From NCBI GenBank assembly GCA_963700145.1, contig OY969474.1, positions 256,001 to 320,000 on the forward strand: a stretch of DNA of 64,000 bases, read 5' to 3'. Position 1 is the first letter of the stretch. Every line of letters starts with the position of its first letter. This document shows positions 60,926-64,000 of this stretch, in pieces. This DNA is from an uncultured Acidobacteriota bacterium. GTDB lineage: Bacteria > Acidobacteriota > Thermoanaerobaculia > Multivoradales > UBA5704. The notes under the pieces are model-generated. The model was not told where the DNA came from and did no database searches. It worked only from the letters and a program-made list of their open reading frames with translations. The position numbers and the translations under genes are program-made.

Positions 60926-62611
60926 TCAAGATACAGAGACGGCGGCGTGGCCGTTGCCGCCGGCGGCGGCTGTCTGCTCGAAGGTGCTCAGCAGCTTCAG
61001 CAGCGTCGCGGGATCGACCGGCTTGACGATGTGCTGGTCGAAGCCGGCCTCCTGCGACTGCCGCTTGTCCTCCTCCTGCCCCCAGCCGGTGATGGCGATC
61101 AGCACCACCCCCTGGCCGCGCGGCTGGCTGCGGATCCGGCGCGCCACCTCGTAGCCGTTGAGCTTCGGCAGGCCGATGTCGAGCAGCACGACGTCGGGCC
61201 GGAACTCGCTCGCCGCCGCCAGCGCCTCGACGCCGTCGTGGGCGGTGCGGACGTCGTGCCCGGTCAGCTCGAGCAGCAGGGCGAGCGTGGCGGCGGCGTC
61301 GCGGTTGTCGTCCACCACCAGGATGCGCAGCGGCGCGCCGGCGCGGGCACGCTCCTCATGGAGGTCGGGGTGGGGCAGTGCTCGCGGCACCTCGGCCGTG
61401 GCCGGCAGGCAGATCGTGAACTCGCTGCCGCGGCCCGGCCCGTCGCTGTGGGCGTCGATCGTGCCGCCGTGCATCTCGACCAGCCGCTTGGCGAGCGTCA
61501 GGCCGATGCCCAGCCCCCCCTGCGCGCGCTCCAGCGAGCGGTCCACCTGGGTGAACATCTCGAAGATCGAGGGGAGCATCTCCTCCGGGATCCCGATGCC
61601 GGTGTCGCGCACGGTGATCGCCGCTTCGCCCGCACGCCGCTCCAGCGCCACCGTGATGTGCCCGCCGCGCGGCGTGTACTTGGCGGCGTTGTTGACCAGG
61701 TTCGAGAGCGCCTGCGCCAGCCGCGTCGGGTCGGCGTCGACGAAGATCGGCCGCGGCGGCACGGCCACCGTCAGCCGGTGGCCGCCGGCCCCGAGCAGCG
61801 GCCGGCTGGTCTCGACGGCGGACCGCACCAGCCCCGCCAGCTCGATCCGCTCCAGGCGCAGCTCGAGCTTGTTGCGGGTGATGCGCGAGACGTCGAGCAG
61901 GTCGTCCACCAGTCGCGTCATCTGCTCCATCTGGCGGTCGATGACCTCGAGCGCCCAGCGCGCCTCGGTCGTCGTGCCCTTTTGCCGGTTCAGGATCTCG
62001 ACGGCGTTGCGGATCGGCGCCAGCGGGTTGCGCAGCTCGTGCGCCAGGGTGGCCAGGAACTCGTCCTTCGAGCGGTCGGCCTGGCGCAGCGCCTCCTCGG
62101 CCCGCTTGCGGTCGCTGATGTCCACCAGCACGTTGACCGCCCCGGCGACGGCCCCCGACTCGTCACGGATCGGGTTGGCGTGGGCGAGGGCGGTGAGGCG
62201 GCGGCCGTCCGGCTGCTCGACGACGATCTCGTGCCCGTTGTACTCCTCGTTGTTCCGCAGCGCCAGTGCCATCCAGCACTCGTCGTGGCAGAGGGGGTTG
62301 CCCTCGGCCGAGTAGAGCTTGAACGAGCCGCAGTAGCGGTCCTCGGGGTGGTTGAGCTGCGGCTCCCGCCCCCAGATCTCGACCGCCCGCTGGTTGTAAA
62401 AAGTAATCAGGCCGTGGGGGTCGCACGTGTAAGCCCCGGCAGGGAGCTTCTCCAGGAGGCGCCGGAACTCCAGGGCGCTCCAGGGCAGGGGAATTACGGA
62501 GGTCTGTAGAGGAGCGCTGGCTTGGGGGCTGGGTTCGCTTACCACCGGTTTTCCTGCATCGCTCGGTGAAAGCGCACTTCGAGCGCTACACCCGCACCCA
62601 TTCACCAGCAA
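60926..62611 (-). CDS. Hybrid PAS histidine kinase/response regulator
   Basis: PAS, AHELRNPLAP, GLGIGL, C-terminal REC (VVDDN, LLDIGLP, KP); start uncertain. Confidence 0.92.
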   Translation of the reverse strand: MLVNGCGCSARSALSPSDAGKPVVSEPSPQASAPLQTSVIPLPWSALEFRRLLEKLPAGAYTCDPHGLITFYNQRAVEIWGREPQLNHPEDRYCGSFKLYSAEGNPLCHDECWMALALRNNEEYNGHEIVVEQPDGRRLTALAHANPIRDESGAVAGAVNVLVDISDRKRAEEALRQADRSKDEFLATLAHELRNPLAPIRNAVEILNRQKGTTTEARWALEVIDRQMEQMTRLVDDLLDVSRITRNKLELRLERIELAGLVRSAVETSRPLLGAGGHRLTVAVPPRPIFVDADPTRLAQALSNLVNNAAKYTPRGGHITVALERRAGEAAITVRDTGIGIPEEMLPSIFEMFTQVDRSLERAQGGLGIGLTLAKRLVEMHGGTIDAHSDGPGRGSEFTICLPATAEVPRALPHPDLHEERARAGAPLRILVVDDNRDAAATLALLLELTGHDVRTAHDGVEALAAASEFRPDVVLLDIGLPKLNGYEVARRIRSQPRGQGVVLIAITGWGQEEDKRQSQEAGFDQHIVKPVDPATLLKLLSTFEQTAAAGGNGHAAVSVS

Positions 62612-62620
62612 ACCCCGTGC

Positions 62621-63079
62621 CTAGAACGGGATGTCGTCGTCCTCCGCGGCCCCACCGCCGGCGCCGCCGCCACCGTAGGCGGGGGCTTCGTCGTAGCCGC
62701 TCTCGGCGGGATGGCTCTGGCCGCCGGGCTCGAAGTCGCCGCCGCCGCCGCGGCCGCCGCCCAGCATCTGGAAGTTGTCGCAGACGATCTCGGTGCGGTA
62801 GCGCTTCTCGCCGCTCTGGCGGTCCTCCCAGGAGCGGGTCTGGAGGCGCCCTTCGACGTAGATCTGCTTGCCCTTGGTCAGGTACTGGCCGGCGATCTCC
62901 GCCTGCCGCCCCCAGACCACGATGTTGTGCCACTCGGTCTGCTCCTGCTTGGCGCCGCTCTTGTCGCGCCAGCGGCGGTTGGTGGCGAGGGTGAAGCTCG
63001 CGACCGGCTGCCCCGAGGGGGTGGAGCGGACCTCCGGGTCGCGGCCCAGGTTGCCGATGAGCATGACCTTATTGAGCAT
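62621..63079 (-). CDS. ssb: Single-stranded DNA-binding protein
   Basis: [14 protein letters not shown]...DDDIPF. Confidence 0.98.
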   Translation of the reverse strand: MLNKVMLIGNLGRDPEVRSTPSGQPVASFTLATNRRWRDKSGAKQEQTEWHNIVVWGRQAEIAGQYLTKGKQIYVEGRLQTRSWEDRQSGEKRYRTEIVCDNFQMLGGGRGGGGDFEPGGQSHPAESGYDEAPAYGGGGAGGGAAEDDDIPF

Positions 63080-63153
63080 GGATGGGGTCTCCCGAATGCC
63101 GTCGCGGGTTAAGGTATCACGGCGGTTTCTTCCAACGGAGTAGACGGAAAACG

Positions 63154-63609
63154 ATGCGTCTGGTCGTGCAGCGGGTGCGCTCGGCGGCCGTGCGGGTGGC
63201 CGGGGAGACGGTGGGGCGGATCGGCCCCGGGCTCCTCGTCTTCGCCGGCGTCGAGCGCGGCGACGGCCCCGCCGCGGCCGACGCGGCGGCCGAGAAGCTC
63301 GCCGGCCTCCGCGTCTTCGAGGACGCGGCCGGCAAGATGAACCTCGACGCCGCGGCCGCCGGCGGCGCCTTCCTCGTCGTCTCGCAGTTCACCCTGGCCG
63401 GCGAGCCCTTGGCGCGCGGCCGCCGCCCCTCCTTCGACGCCGCCGCGCCGCCCGCCGAGGCGGAGCCGCTCGTCGACCGCCTCGTCGCCCGCCTGCGCGA
63501 GCGCGGCTACGCCGTCGAGACCGGCCGCTTCCGCGCGCTGATGGAGGTCGAGTCGGTCAACGACGGCCCCGTCACCTTCGTCCTGGACGTCAATCCGCAA
63601 GTCCCGTAG
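63154..63609 (+). CDS. dtd: D-aminoacyl-tRNA deacylase
   Basis: [19 protein letters not shown]. Confidence 0.96.
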   Translation: MRLVVQRVRSAAVRVAGETVGRIGPGLLVFAGVERGDGPAAADAAAEKLAGLRVFEDAAGKMNLDAAAAGGAFLVVSQFTLAGEPLARGRRPSFDAAAPPAEAEPLVDRLVARLRERGYAVETGRFRALMEVESVNDGPVTFVLDVNPQVP

Positions 63610-63639
63610 CGCCCGGCCTACGTGCCGGGCGTCTTGTTG
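63606..63639 (+). terminator. GTAG REP-like hairpin/terminator
   Basis: gtag-cgcccggc-ctacgt-gccgggcg, 24 of 26 nt identical to the hutU hairpin. Confidence 0.7.
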
Positions 63640-63721
63640 TCCCGCGCCGTCCTTTCCGGCACACATACATAGATAGATAGCGATTTGGTTCTTTCGAGAA
63701 CAACACAGGAAAGGATCGCCT

Positions 63722-64000
63722 ATGCATCCAACCGGCTCCATGTCCTTCCGTCTCACCGCCTGCTGCCTCGCGCTGGGCCTCGCGGCCGCGAGCGCCGCGG
63801 CCGCACCGCCGCACCAGGGCAACCCCCGCACCTACGACCGCCGCATCGACCTCCTGCGCGGCGCCGCCGAAGCGCCCGCGGCCGCGCAGCTCGAACGCGC
63901 GGCGGAGCTCAGGCGCCAGATGCCCGATCTCCTGGTCACCTACGACCCGGTGACCGCGGCGGTCCGCTCGCTCTCCAACGCGGGCGGCCCGCTCAGTGGG
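63722..64000 (+). CDS. Secreted protein, partial (possibly a metallopeptidase propeptide)
   Basis: Open to the window end; signal peptide then YDRR...YDPVTAAVRSL. Confidence 0.55.
   Translation, partial: MHPTGSMSFRLTACCLALGLAAASAAAAPPHQGNPRTYDRRIDLLRGAAEAPAAAQLERAAELRRQMPDLLVTYDPVTAAVRSLSNAGGPLSG

Overview
A very GC-rich bacterial chromosomal segment. The gene content (ADOP permease with PadR, ELWxxDGT repeat protein, DUF4097/HEAT/ECF-sigma clusters, TPR-CHAT protein) suggests Acidobacteriota, probably Thermoanaerobaculia-like; this is inference. It holds about 46 genes: housekeeping genes (tag, trxC, ppk2, hutU, ssb, dtd, a Ser/Thr dehydratase, a Ski2-like helicase), one complete IS5-like element, and many secreted or surface proteins. 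No tRNA, rRNA, CRISPR array or prophage was recognised. Main observations: (1) three intergenic arrays of unrelated sequence that all keep a 21-bp phase; in two the core motif flips orientation mid-array, and both of these adjoin a stranded 3'-end copy of a gene (kup remnant; duplicated dehydratase 3' end). (2) A phage-free locus: giant Ig-repeat surface protein, three tail-collar proteins, a Tat-like protein, a GNAT and a DUF6916-like protein, plus two secreted tail-fibre-like paralogs with different C-terminal chaperone modules. (3) Two back-to-back ECF sigma/anti-sigma operons, one sigma carrying an in-frame ~75-bp palindromic insertion. (4) A frameshifted TPR-CHAT / unknown protein / subtilase module. 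(5) A 25-aa Lys-rich microprotein missed by the ORF track. All family calls come from motif recognition, not database searches.
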